64,000 nt of DNA from the human T2T-CHM13v2.0 reference genome, Homo sapiens, in the NCBI RefSeq assembly GCF_009914755.1, contig NC_060932.1, one strand, 5' to 3'. The stretch's first letter is position 1; each line of letters starts with the position of its first letter. Both the position numbers and the translations under genes were made by a program. The notes below the pieces were generated by a model, which was not told the DNA's origin, made no database searches, and saw only the letters and a program-made list of their open reading frames with translations. This document shows, in pieces, positions 35,701-49,000 of the stretch.

Positions 35701-38700
35701 AAAACTAGACAGAAGCATTCGCAGAATCACGTTTGTGATGTGTGCACTCAACTGTCAGAATTGAACCTTGGTTTGGACAGAGCACTTTTGAAACACTCTT
35801 TTTGTAGAATCTGCAGGTGGATATTTGGCTAGCTTTGAGGATTTCGTTGGAAACGGTAATGTCTTCAAAGAAAATCTAGACAGAAGCATTCTCAGAAACA
35901 CCTTCGTGATGTTTGCAATCAAGTCACAGAGTTGAACCTTCCGTTTCATAGAGCAGGTTGGAAACACTCTTTTTGTAGTATCTGGAAGTGGACATTTGGA
36001 GGGCTTTGTAGCCTATGTGGAAAAAGGAAATATCTTCCCAAGAATGCGAGATAGAAGTAATCTCAGAAACATGTTTATGCTGTATCTACTCAACTAACTG
36101 TGCTGAACATTTCTATTGATAGAGCAGTTTTGAGACACTCTTCTTTTGGAATCTGCAAGTGGATATTTGGAGAGATTTGAGGATTTCGTTGGAAACGGGA
36201 TTATATATAAAAAGTAGACAGCAGCATTCTCAGAAACTTCTTTGTGATGTTTGCATCCAGCTCTCAGAGTTGAACATTCCCTTTCATAGAGTAGGTTTGA
36301 AACCCTCTTTTTATAGTGTCTGGAAGCGGGCATTTGGAGCGCTTTCAGGCCTATGCTTAAAATAGGAAATATCTACCTACAGAAACTAGACAGAAGCATT
36401 CTGAGAATCTCGTTTGTGATGTGGGTACTCAACTAACAGTGTTGATCCATTCTTTTGATACAGCAGTTTTGAACCACACTTTTTGTAGAATCTGCAAGAG
36501 GATATTTGGATAGCTGTGAGGATTTCGTTGGAAACGGGAATGTCTTCAAAGAAAATCTAGACAGAAACATTCTCAGAAACACCTTCGTGATGTTTGCAAT
36601 CAAGTCACAGAGTTGAACCTTCCGTTTCATAGAGCAGGTTGGAAACACTCTTATTGTAGTATCTGGAAGTGGACATTTGGAGCGCTTTCAGGCCTATGGT
36701 GAAAAAGGAAATATCTTCCCATAAAAACGACATAGAAGCTATCTCAGGAACTTGTTTATGAGGCATCTAATCAACTAACAGTGTTGAACCTTTGTACTGA
36801 CAGAGCAGTTTGAAACACTCTTTTTTTGGAATCTGCAAGTGGATATTTGGATCGCTTTGAGGATTTCGTTGGAAACGGGATGCAATATAAAACGTACACA
36901 GCAGCATACTCAGAAAATACTTTGCCATATTTCCATTCAAGTCACAGAGTGGAACATTCCCATTCATAGAGCAGGTTGGAAACACTCTTTTTGGAGTATC
37001 TGGAAGTGGACATTTGGAGCGCTTTCTGAACTATGGTGAAAAAGGAAATATCTTCCAATGAAAACAAGACAGAAGCATTCTGAGAAACTTATTTGTGATG
37101 TGTGTCCTCAACAAACGGACTTGAACCTTTCGTTTCATGCAGTACTTCTGGAACACTCTTTTTGAAGATTCTGCATGCGGATATTTGGATAGCTTTGAGG
37201 ATTTCGTTGGAAACGGGCTTACATGTAAAAATTAGACAGCAGCATTCTCAGAAACTTCTTTGTGGTGTCTGCATTCAAGTCACAGAATTGAACATCCCCT
37301 CACATAGAGCAGTTGTGCAGCACTCTATTTGTAGTATCTGGAAGTGGACATTTGGAGGGCTTTGTAGCCTATCTGGAAAAAGGAAATATCTTCCCATGAA
37401 TGCGAGATAGAAGTAATCTCAGAAACATGTTTATGCTGTATCTACTCAACTAACTGTGCTGAACATTTCTATTGATAGAGCAGTTTTGAGACACTCTTCT
37501 TTTGGAATCTGCAAGTGGATATTTGGATAGATTTGAGGATTTCGTTGGAAACGGGATTATATATAAAAAGTAGACAGCAGCATTCTCAGAAACTTCTTTG
37601 TGATGTTTGCATCCAGCTCTCAGAGTTGAACATTCCCTTTCATAGAGTAGGTTTGAAACCCTCTTTTTATAGTGTCTGGAAGCGGGCATTTGGAGCGCTT
37701 TCAGGCCTATGCTGAAAAAGGAAATATCTACCTATAGAAACTAGACAGAAGCATTCTGAGAATCACGTTTGTGATGTGGGTACTCAACTAACAGTGTTGA
37801 TCCATTCTTTTGATACAGCAGTTTTGAACCACACTTTTTGTAGAATCTGCAAGTGGATATTTGGATAGCTGTGAGGATTTCGTTGGAAACGGGAATGTCT
37901 TCATAGAAAATTTAGACAGAAGCATTCTCAGAACCTTGATTGTGATGTGTGTTCTCCACTAACAGAGTTGAACCTTTCTTTTGACAGAACTGTTCTGAAA
38001 CATTCTTTTTATAGAATCTGGAAGTGGATATTTGGAAAGCTTTGAGGATTTCGTTGGAAACGGGAATATCTTCAAATCAAATCTAGCCAGAAGCATTCTA
38101 AGAAACATCTTAGGGATGTTTACATTCAAGTCACAGAGTTGAACATTCCCTTTCACAGAGCAGGTTTGAAACAATCTTCTCGTACTATCTGGCAGTGGAC
38201 ATTTTGAGCTCCTTGGGGCCTATGCTGAAAAAGGAAATATCTTCCGACAAAAACTAGACAGAAGCATTCGCAGAATCACGTTTGTGATGTGTGCACTCAA
38301 CTGTCAGAATTGAACCTTGGTTTGGACAGAGCACTTTTGAAACACTCTTTTTGTAGAATCTGCAGGTGGATATTTGGCTAGCTTTGAGGATTTCGTTGGA
38401 AACGGTAATGTCTTCAAAGAAAATCTAGACAGAAGCATTCTCAGAAACACCTTCGTGATGTTTGCAATCAAGTCACAGAGTTGAACCTTCCGTTTCATAG
38501 AGCAGGTTGGAAACACTCTTTTTGTAGTATCTGGAAGTGGACATTTGGAGGGCTTTGTAGCCTATGTGGAAAAAGGAAATATCTTCCCATGAATGCGAGA
38601 TAGAAGTAATCTCAGAAACATGTTTATGCTGTATCTACTCAACTAACTGTGCTGAACATTTCTATTGATAGAGCAGTTTTGAGACACTCTTCTTTTGGAA

Positions 38701-41700
38701 TCTGCAAGTGGATATTTGGAGAGATTTGAGGATTTCGTTGGAAACGGGATTATATATAAAAAGTAGACAGCAGCATTCTCAGAAACTTCTTTGTGATGTT
38801 TGCATCCAGCTCTCAGAGTTGAACATTCCCTTTCATAGAGTAGGTTTGAAACCCTCTTTTTATAGTGTCTGGAAGCGGGCATTTGGAGCGCTTTCAGACC
38901 TATGCTTAAAATAGGAAATATCTACCTACAGAAACTAGACAGAAGCATTCTGAGAATCTCGTTTGTGATGTGGGTACTCAACTAACAGTGTTGATCCATT
39001 CTTTTGATACAGCAGTTTTGAACCACACTTTTTGTAGAATCTGCAAGAGGATATTTGGATAGCTGTGAGGATTTCGTTGGAAACGGGAATGTCTTCAAAG
39101 AAAATCTAGACAGAAACATTCTCAGAAACACCTTCGTGATGTTTGCAATCAAGTCACAGAGTTGAACCTTCCGTTTCATAGAGCAGGTTGGAAACACTCT
39201 TATTGTAGTATCTGGAAGTGGACATTTGGAGCGCTTTCAGGCCTATGGTGAAAAAGGAAATATCTTCCCATAAAAGCGACATAGAAGCTATCTCAGGAAC
39301 TTGTTTATGAGGCATCTAATCAACTAACAGTGTTGAACCTTTGTACTGACAGAGCAGTTTGAAACACTCTTTTTTTGGAATCTGCAAGTGGATATTTGGA
39401 TCGCTTTGAGGATTTCGTTGGAAACGGGATGCAATATAAAACGTACACAGCAGCATACTCAGAAAATTCTTTGCCATATTTCCATTCAAGTCACAGAGTG
39501 GAACATTCCCATTCATAGAGCAGGTTGGAAACACTCTTTTTGGAGTATCTGGAAGTGGACATTTGGAGCGCTTTCTGAACTATGGTGAAAAAGGAAATAT
39601 CTTCCAATGAAAACAAGACAGAAGCATTCTGAGAAACTTATTTGTGATGTGTGTCCTCAACAAACGGACTTGAACCTTTCGTTTCATGCAGTACTTCTGG
39701 AACACTCTTTTTGAAGATTCTGCATGCGGATATTTGGATAGCTTTGAGGATTTCGTTGGAAACGGGCTTACATGTAAAAATTAGACAGCAGCATTCTCAG
39801 AAACTTCTTTGTGGTGTCTGCATTCAAGTCACAGAATTGAACATCCCCTCACATAGAGCAGTTGTGCAGCACTCTATTTGTAGTATCTGGAAGTGGACAT
39901 TTGGAGGGCTTTGTAGCCTATGTGGAAAAAGGAAATATCTTCCCATGAATGCGAGATAGAAGTAATCTCAGAAACATGTTTATGCTGTATCTACTCAACT
40001 AACTGTGCTGAACATTTCTATTGATAGAGCAGTTTTGAGACACTCTTCTTTTGGAATCTGCAAGTGGATATTTGGATAGATTTGAGGATTTCGTTGGAAA
40101 CGGGATTATATATAAAAAGTAGACAGCAGCATTCTCAGAAACTTCTTTGTGATGTTTGCATCCAGCTCTCAGAGTTGAACATTCCCTTTCATAGAGTAGG
40201 TTTGAAACCCTCTTTTTATAGTGTCTGGAAGCGGGCATTTGGAGCGCTTTCAGGCCTATGCTGAAAAAGGAAATATCTACCTATAGAAACTAGACAGAAG
40301 CATTCTGAGAATCACGTTTGTGATGTGGGTACTCAACTAACAGTGTTGATCCATTCTTTTGATACAGCAGTTTTGAACCACACTTTTTGTAGAATCTGCA
40401 AGTGGATATTTGGATAGCTGTGAGGATTTCGTTGGAAACGGGAATGTCTTCATAGAAAATTTAGACAGAAGCATTCTCAGAACCTTGATTGTGATGTGTG
40501 TTCTCCACTAACAGAGTTGAACCTTTCTTTTGACAGAACTGTTCTGAAACATTCTTTTTATAGAATCTGGAAGTGGATATTTGGAAAGCTTTGAGGATTT
40601 CGTTGGAAACGGGAATATCTTCAAATCAAATCTAGCCAGAAGCATTCTAAGAAACATCTTAGGGATGTTTACATTCAAGTCACAGAGTTGAACATTCCCT
40701 TTCACAGAGCAGGTTTGAAACAATCTTCTCGTACTATCTGGCAGTGGACATTTTGAGCTCCTTGGGGCCTATGCTGAAAAAGGAAATATCTTCCGACAAA
40801 AACTAGACAGAAGCATTCGCAGAATCACGTTTGTGATGTGTGCACTCAACTGTCAGAATTGAACCTTGGTTTGGACAGAGCACTTTTGAAACACTCTTTT
40901 TGTAGAATCTGCAGGTGGATATTTGGCTAGCTTTGAGGATTTCGTTGGAAACGGTAATGTCTTCAAAGAAAATCTAGACAGAAGCATTCTCAGAAACACC
41001 TTCGTGATGTTTGCAATCAAGTCACAGAGTTGAACCTTCCGTTTCATAGAGCAGGTTGGAAACACTCTTTTTGTAGTATCTGGAAGTGGACATTTGGAGG
41101 GCTTTGTAGCCTATGTGGAAAAAGGAAATATCTTCCCATGAATGCGAGATAGAAGTAATCTCAGAAACATGTTTATGCTGTATCTACTCAACTAACTGTG
41201 CTGAACATTTCTATTGATAGAGCAGTTTTGAGACACTCTTCTTTTGGAATCTGCAAGTGGATATTTGGAGAGATTTGAGGATTTCGTTGGAAACGGGATT
41301 ATATATAAAAAGTAGACAGCAGCATTCTCAGAAACTTCTTTGTGATGTTTGCATCCAGCTCTCAGAGTTGAACATTCCCTTTCATAGAGTAGGTTTGAAA
41401 CCCTCTTTTTATAGTGTCTGGAAGCGGGCATTTGGAGCGCTTTCAGGCCTATGCTTAAAATAGGAAATATCTACCTACAGAAACTAGACAGAAGCATTCT
41501 GAGAATCTCGTTTGTGATGTGGGTACTCAACTAACAGTGTTGATCCATTCTTTTGATACAGCAGTTTTGAACCACACTTTTTGTAGAATCTGCAAGAGGA
41601 TATTTGGATAGCTGTGAGGATTTCGTTGGAAACGGGAATGTCTTCAAAGAAAATCTAGACAGAAACATTCTCAGAAACACCTTCGTGATGTTTGCAATCA

Positions 41701-44700
41701 AGTCACAGAGTTGAACCTTCCGTTTCATAGAGCAGGTTGGAAACACTCTTATTGTAGTATCTGGAAGTGGACATTTGGAGCGCTTTCAGGCCTATGGTGA
41801 AAAAGGAAATATCTTCCCATAAAAACGACATAGAAGCTATCTCAGGAACTTGTTTATGAGGCATCTAATCAACTAACAGTGTTGAACCTTTGTACTGACA
41901 GAGCAGTTTGAAACACTCTTTTTTTGGAATCTGCAAGTGGATATTTGGATCGCTTTGAGGATTTCGTTGGAAACGGGATGCAATATAAAACGTACACAGC
42001 AGCATACTCAGAAAATACTTTGCCATATTTCCATTCAAGTCACAGAGTGGAACATTCCCATTCATAGAGCAGGTTGGAAACACTCTTTTTGGAGTATCTG
42101 GAAGTGGACATTTGGAGCGCTTTCTGAACTATGGTGAAAAAGGAAATATCTTCCAATGAAAACAAGACAGAAGCATTCTGAGAAACTTATTTGTGATGTG
42201 TGTCCTCAACAAACGGACTTGAACCTTTCGTTTCATGCAGTACTTCTGGAACACTCTTTTTGAAGATTCTGCATGCGGATATTTGGATAGCTTTGAGGAT
42301 TTCGTTGGAAACGGGCTTACATGTAAAAATTAGACAGCAGCATTCTCAGAAACTTCTTTGTGGTGTCTGCATTCAAGTCACAGAATTGAACATCCCCTCA
42401 CATAGAGCAGTTGTGCAGCACTCTATTTGTAGTATCTGGAAGTGGACATTTGGAGGGCTTTGTAGCCTATGTGGAAAAAGGAAATATCTTCCCATGAATG
42501 CGAGATAGAAGTAATCTCAGAAACATGTTTATGCTGTATCTACTCAACTAACTGTGCTGAACATTTCTATTGATAGAGCAGTTTTGAGACACTCTTCTTT
42601 TGGAATCTGCAAGTGGATATTTGGATAGATTTGAGGATTTCGTTGGAAACGGGATTATATATCAAAAGTAGACAGCAGCATTCTCAGAAACTTCTTTGTG
42701 ATGTTTGCATCCAGCTCTCAGAGTTGAACATTCCCTTTCATAGAGTAGGTTTGAAACCCTCTTTTTATAGTGTCTGGAAGCGGGCATTTGGAGCGCTTTC
42801 AGGCCTATGCTGAAAAAGGAAATATCTACCTATAGAAACTAGACAGAAGCATTCTGAGAATCACGTTTGTGATGTGGGTACTCAACTAACAGTGTTGATC
42901 CATTCTTTTGATACAGCAGTTTTGAACCACACTTTTTGTAGAATCTGCAAGTGGATATTTGGATAGCTGTGAGGATTTCGTTGGAAACGGGAATGTCTTC
43001 ATAGAAAATTTAGACAGAAGCATTCTCAGAACCTTGATTGTGATGTGTGTTCTCCACTAACAGAGTTGAACCTTTCTTTTGACAGAACTGTTCTGAAACA
43101 TTCTTTTTATAGAATCTGGAAGTGGATATTTGGAAAGCTTTGAGGATTTCGTTGGAAACGGGAATATCTTCAAATCAAATCTAGCCAGAAGCATTCTAAG
43201 AAACATCTTAGGGATGTTTACATTCAAGTCACAGAGTTGAACATTCCCTTTCACAGAGCAGGTTTGAAACAATCTTCTCGTACTATCTGGCAGTGGACAT
43301 TTTGAGCTCCTTGGGGCCTATGCTGAAAAAGGAAATATCTTCCGACAAAAACTAGACAGAAGCATTCGCAGAATCACGTTTGTGATGTGTGCACTCAACT
43401 GTCAGAATTGAACCTTGGTTTGGACAGAGCACTTTTGAAACACTCTTTTTGTAGAATCTGCAGGTGGATATTTGGCTAGCTTTGAGGATTTCGTTGGAAA
43501 CGGTAATGTCTTCAAAGAAAATCTAGACAGAAGCATTCTCAGAAACACCTTCGTGATGTTTGCAATCAAGTCACAGAGTTGAACCTTCCGTTTCATAGAG
43601 CAGGTTGGAAACACTCTTTTTGTAGTATCTGGAAGTGGACATTTGGAGGGCTTTGTAGCCTATGTGGAAAAAGGAAATATCTTCCCATGAATGCGAGATA
43701 GAAGTAATCTCAGAAACATGTTTATGCTGTATCTACTCAACTAACTGTGCTGAACATTTCTATTGATAGAGCAGTTTTGAGACACTCTTCTTTTGGAATC
43801 TGCAAGTGGATATTTGGATAGATTTGAGGATTTCGTTGGAAACGGGATTATATATAAAAAGTAGACAGCAGCATTCTCAGAAACTTCTTTGTGATGTTTG
43901 CATCCAGCTCTCAGAGTTGAACATTCCCTTTCATAGAGTAGGTTTGAAACCCTCTTTTTATAGTGTCTGGAAGCGGGCATTTGGAGCGCTTTCAGACCTA
44001 TGCTTAAAATAGGAAATATCTACCTACAGAAACTAGACAGAAGCATTCTGAGAATCTCGTTTGTGATGTGGGTACTCAACTAACAGTGTTGATCCATTCT
44101 TTTGATACAGCAGTTTTGAACCACACTTTTTGTAGAATCTGCAAGAGGATATTTGGATAGCTGTGAGGATTTCGTTGGAAACGGGAATGTCTTCAAAGAA
44201 AATCTAGACAGAAACATTCTCAGAAACACCTTCGTGATGTTTGCAATCAAGTCACAGAGTTGAACCTTCCGTTTCATAGAGCAGGTTGGAAACACTCTTA
44301 TTGTAGTATCTGGAAGTGGACATTTGGAGCGCTTTCAGGCCTATGGTGAAAAAGGAAATATCTTCCCATAAAAACGACATAGAAGCTATCTCAGGAACTT
44401 GTTTATGATGCATCTAATCAACTAACAGTGTTGAACCTTTGTACTGACAGAGCAGTTTGAAACACTCTTTTTTTGGAATCTGCAAGTGGATATTTGGATC
44501 GCTTTGAGGATTTCGTTGGAAACGGGATGCAATATAAAACGTACACAGCAGCATACTCAGAAAATACTTTGCCATATTTCCATTCAAGTCACAGAGTGGA
44601 ACATTCCCATTCATAGAGCAGGTTGGAAACACTCTTTTTGGAGTATCTGGAAGTGGACATTTGGAGCGCTTTCTGAACTATGGTGAAAAAGGAAATATCT

Positions 44701-45059
44701 TCCAATGAAAACAAGACAGAAGCATTCTGAGAAACTTATTTGTGATGTGTGTCCTCAACAAACGGACTTGAACCTTTCGTTTCATGCAGTACTTCTGGAA
44801 CACTCTTTTTGAAGATTCTGCATGCGGATATTTGGATAGCTTTGAGGATTTCGTTGGAAACGGGCTTACATGTAAAAATTAGACAGCAGCATTCTCAGAA
44901 ACTTCTTTGTGGTGTCTGCATTCAAGTCACAGAATTGAACATCCCCTCACATAGAGCAGTTGTGCAGCACTCTATTTGTAGTATCTGGAAGTGGACATTT
45001 GGAGGGCTTTGTAGCCTATGTGGAAAAAGGAAATATCTTCCCATGAATGCGAGATAGAA
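29766..45059 (+). repeat. Six tandem 15-mer (7+8) HORs, 2549-bp period
   Basis: The ORF track shows exact 2549-bp periodicity (30312, 32861, 35410, 37959, 40508, 43057). Confidence 0.95.
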
Positions 45060-46073
45060 GTAATCTCAGAAACATGTTTATGCTGTATCTACTCAACTAA
45101 CTGTGCTGAACATTTCTATTGATAGAGCAGTTTTGAGACACTCTTCTTTTGGAATCTGCAAGTGGATATTTGGATAGATTTGAGGATATCGTTGGAAACG
45201 GGATTATATATAAAAAGTAGACAGCAGCATTCTCAGAAACTTCTTTGTGATGTTTGCATCCAGCTCTCAGAGTTGAACATTCCCTTTCATAGAGTAGGTT
45301 TGAAACCCTCTTTTTATAGTGTCTGGAAGCGGGCATTTGGAGCGCTTTCAGGCCTATGCTGAAAAAGGAAATATCTACCTATAGAAACTAGACAGAAGCA
45401 TTCTGAGAATCACGTTTGTGATGTGGGTACTCAACTAACAGTGTTGATCCATTCTTTTGATACAGCAGTTTTGAACCACACTTTTTGTAGAATCTGCAAG
45501 TGGATATTTGGATAGCTGTGAGGATTTCGTTGGAAACGGGATGCAATATAAAACGTACACAGCAGCATACTCAGAAAATACTTTGCCATATTTCCATTCA
45601 AGTCACAGAGTGGAACATTCCCATTCATAGAGCAGGTTGGAAACACTCTTTTTGGAGTATCTGGAAGTGGACATTTGGAGCGCTTTCTGAACTATGGTGA
45701 AAAAGGAAATATCTTCCAATGAAAACAAGACAGAAGCATTCTGAGAAACTTATTTGTGATGTGTGTCCTCAACAAACGGACTTGAACCTTTCGTTTCATG
45801 CAGTACTTCTGGAACACTCTTTTTGAAGATTCTGCATGCGGATATTTGGATAGCTTTGAGGATTTCGTTGGAAACGGGCTTACATGTAAAAATTAGACAG
45901 CAGCATTCTCAGAAACTTCTTTGTGGTGTCTGCATTCAAGTCACAGAATTGAACATCCCCTCACATAGAGCAGTTGTGCAGCACTCTATTTGTAGTATCT
46001 GGAAGTGGACATTTGGAGGGCTTTGTAGCCTATGTGGAAAAAGGAAATATCTTCCCATGAATGCGAGATAGAA
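45060..46073 (+). repeat. Single 6-mer structural variant HOR, 1014 bp (G-A-B/H-I-J-K)
   Basis: At 45511-45560 monomer B sequence (GATAGCTGTG) runs through the CENP-B box directly into the monomer H tail (ATGCAATATAAAACG). The unit spacing is 1014 bp, and the ORF at 45431-45646 is chimeric. Confidence 0.95.
45525..45541 (+). promoter_or_regulatory. Intact CENP-B box spanning the B/H hybrid junction of the 6-mer
   Basis: TTTCGTTGGAAACGGGA has a B-type upstream flank and an H-type downstream flank. Confidence 0.9.
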
Positions 46074-49000
46074 GTAATCTCAGAAACATGTTTATGCTGT
46101 ATCTACTCAACTAACTGTGCTGAACATTTCTATTGATAGAGCAGTTTTGAGACACTCTTCTTTTGGAATCTGCAAGTGGATATTTGGATAGATTTGAGGA
46201 TTTCGTTGGAAACGGGATTATATATAAAAAGTAGACAGCAGCATTCTCAGAAACTTCTTTGTGATGTTTGCATCCAGCTCTCAGAGTTGAACATTCCCTT
46301 TCATAGAGTAGGTTTGAAACCCTCTTTTTATAGTGTCTGGAAGCGGGCATTTGGAGCGCTTTCAGGCCTATGCTGAAAAAGGAAATATCTACCTATAGAA
46401 ACTAGACAGAAGCATTCTGAGAATCACGTTTGTGATGTGGGTACTCAACTAACAGTGTTGATCCATTCTTTTGATACAGCAGTTTTGAACCACACTTTTT
46501 GTAGAATCTGCAAGTGGATATTTGGATAGCTGTGAGGATTTCGTTGGAAACGGGAATGTCTTCATAGAAAATTTAGACAGAAGCATTCTCAGAACCTTGA
46601 TTGTGATGTGTGTTCTCCACTAACAGAGTTGAACCTTTCTTTTGACAGAACTGTTCTGAAACATTCTTTTTATAGAATCTGGAAGTGGATATTTGGAAAG
46701 CTTTGAGGATTTCGTTGGAAACGGGAATATCTTCAAATAAAATCTAGCCAGAAGCATTCTAAGAAACATCTTAGGGATGTTTACATTCAAGTCACAGAGT
46801 TGAACATTCCCTTTCACAGAGCAGGTTTGAAACAATCTTCTCGTACTATCTGGCAGTGGACATTTTGAGCTCCTTGGGGCCTATGCTGAAAAAGGAAATA
46901 TCTTCCGACAAAAACTAGACAGAAGCATTCGCAGAATCACGTTTGTGATGTGTGCACTCAACTGTCAGAATTGAACCTTGGTTTGGACAGAGCACTTTTG
47001 AAACACTCTTTTTGTAGAATCTGCAGGTGGATATTTGGCTAGCTTTGAGGATTTCGTTGGAAACGGTAATGTCTTCAAAGAAAATCTAGACAGAAGCATT
47101 CTCAGAAACACCTTCGTGATGTTTGCAATCAAGTCACAGAGTTGAACCTTCCGTTTCATAGAGCAGGTTGGAAACACTCTTTTTGTAGTATCTGGAAGTG
47201 GACATTTGGAGGGCTTTGTAGCCTATGTGGAAAAAGGAAATATCTTCCCATGAATGCGAGATAGAAGTAATCTCAGAAACATGTTTATGCTGTATCTACT
47301 CAACTAACTGTGCTGAACATTTCTATTGATAGAGCAGTTTTGAGACACTCTTCTTTTGGAATCTGCAAGTGGATATTTGGATAGATTTGAGGATTTCGTT
47401 GGAAACGGGATTATATATAAAAAGTAGACAGCAGCATTCTCAGAAACTTCTTTGTGATGTTTGCATCCAGCTCTCAGAGTTGAACATTCCCTTTCATAGA
47501 GTAGGTTTGAAACCCTCTTTTTATAGTGTCTGGAAGCGGGCATTTGGAGCGCTTTCAGACCTATGCTTAAAATAGGAAATATCTACCTACAGAAACTAGA
47601 CAGAAGCATTCTGAGAATCTCGTTTGTGATGTGGGTACTCAACTAACAGTGTTGATCCATTCTTTTGATACAGCAGTTTTGAACCACACTTTTTGTAGAA
47701 TCTGCAAGAGGATATTTGGATAGCTGTGAGGATTTCGTTGGAAACGGGAATGTCTTCAAAGAAAATCTAGACAGAAACATTCTCAGAAACACCTTCGTGA
47801 TGTTTGCAATCAAGTCACAGAGTTGAACCTTCCGTTTCATAGAGCAGGTTGGAAACACTCTTATTGTAGTATCTGGAAGTGGACATTTGGAGCGCTTTCA
47901 GGCCTATGGTGAAAAAGGAAATATCTTCCCATAAAAACGACATAGAAGCTATCTCAGGAACTTGTTTATGATGCATCTAATCAACTAACAGTGTTGAACC
48001 TTTGTACTGACAGAGCAGTTTGAAACACTCTTTTTTTGGAATCTGCAAGTGGATATTTGGATCGCTTTGAGGATTTCGTTGGAAACGGGATGCAATATAA
48101 AACGTACACAGCAGCATACTCAGAAAATACTTTGCCATATTTCCATTCAAGTCACAGAGGGGAACATTCCCATTCATAGAGCAGGTTGGAAACACTCTTT
48201 TTGGAGTATCTGGAAGTGGACATTTGGAGCGCTTTCTGAACTATGGTGAAAAAGGAAATATCTTCCAATGAAAACAAGACAGAAGCATTCTGAGAAACTT
48301 ATTTGTGATGTGTGTCCTCAACAAACGGACTTGAACCTTTCGTTTCATGCAGTACTTCTGGAACACTCTTTTTGAAGATTCTGCATGCGGATATTTGGAT
48401 AGCTTTGAGGATTTCGTTGGAAACGGGCTTACATGTAAAAATTAGACAGCAGCATTCTCAGAAACTTCTTTGTGGTGTCTGCATTCAAGTCACAGAATTG
48501 AACATCCCCTCACATAGAGCAGTTGTGCAGCACTCTATTTGTAGTATCTGGAAGTGGACATTTGGAGGGCTTTGTAGCCTATGTGGAAAAAGGAAATATC
48601 TTCCCATGAATGCGAGATAGAAGTAATCTCAGAAACATGTTTATGCTGTATCTACTCAACTAACTGTGCTGAACATTTCTATTGATAGAGCAGTTTTGAG
48701 ACACTCTTCTTTTGGAATCTGCAAGTGGATATTTGGATAGATTTGAGGATTTCGTTGGAAACGGGATTATATATAAAAAGTAGACAGCAGCATTCTCAGA
48801 AACTTCTTTGTGATGTTTGCATCCAGCTCTCAGAGTTGAACATTCCCTTTCATAGAGTAGGTTTGAAACCCTCTTTTTATAGTGTCTGGAAGCGGGCATT
48901 TGGAGCGCTTTCAGGCCTATGCTGAAAAAGGAAATATCTACCTATAGAAACTAGACAGAAGCATTCTGAGAATCACGTTTGTGATGTGGGTACTCAACTA

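Noticed and set aside
34170-39280. AAAAGCGAC allele at 34178 and 39276 (5098 bp apart) as evidence of a 30-mer duplication
   Set aside because: The two units differ at flanking markers (TCAGACCT, AATTCT), so one shared SNP does not establish a 30-mer unit.
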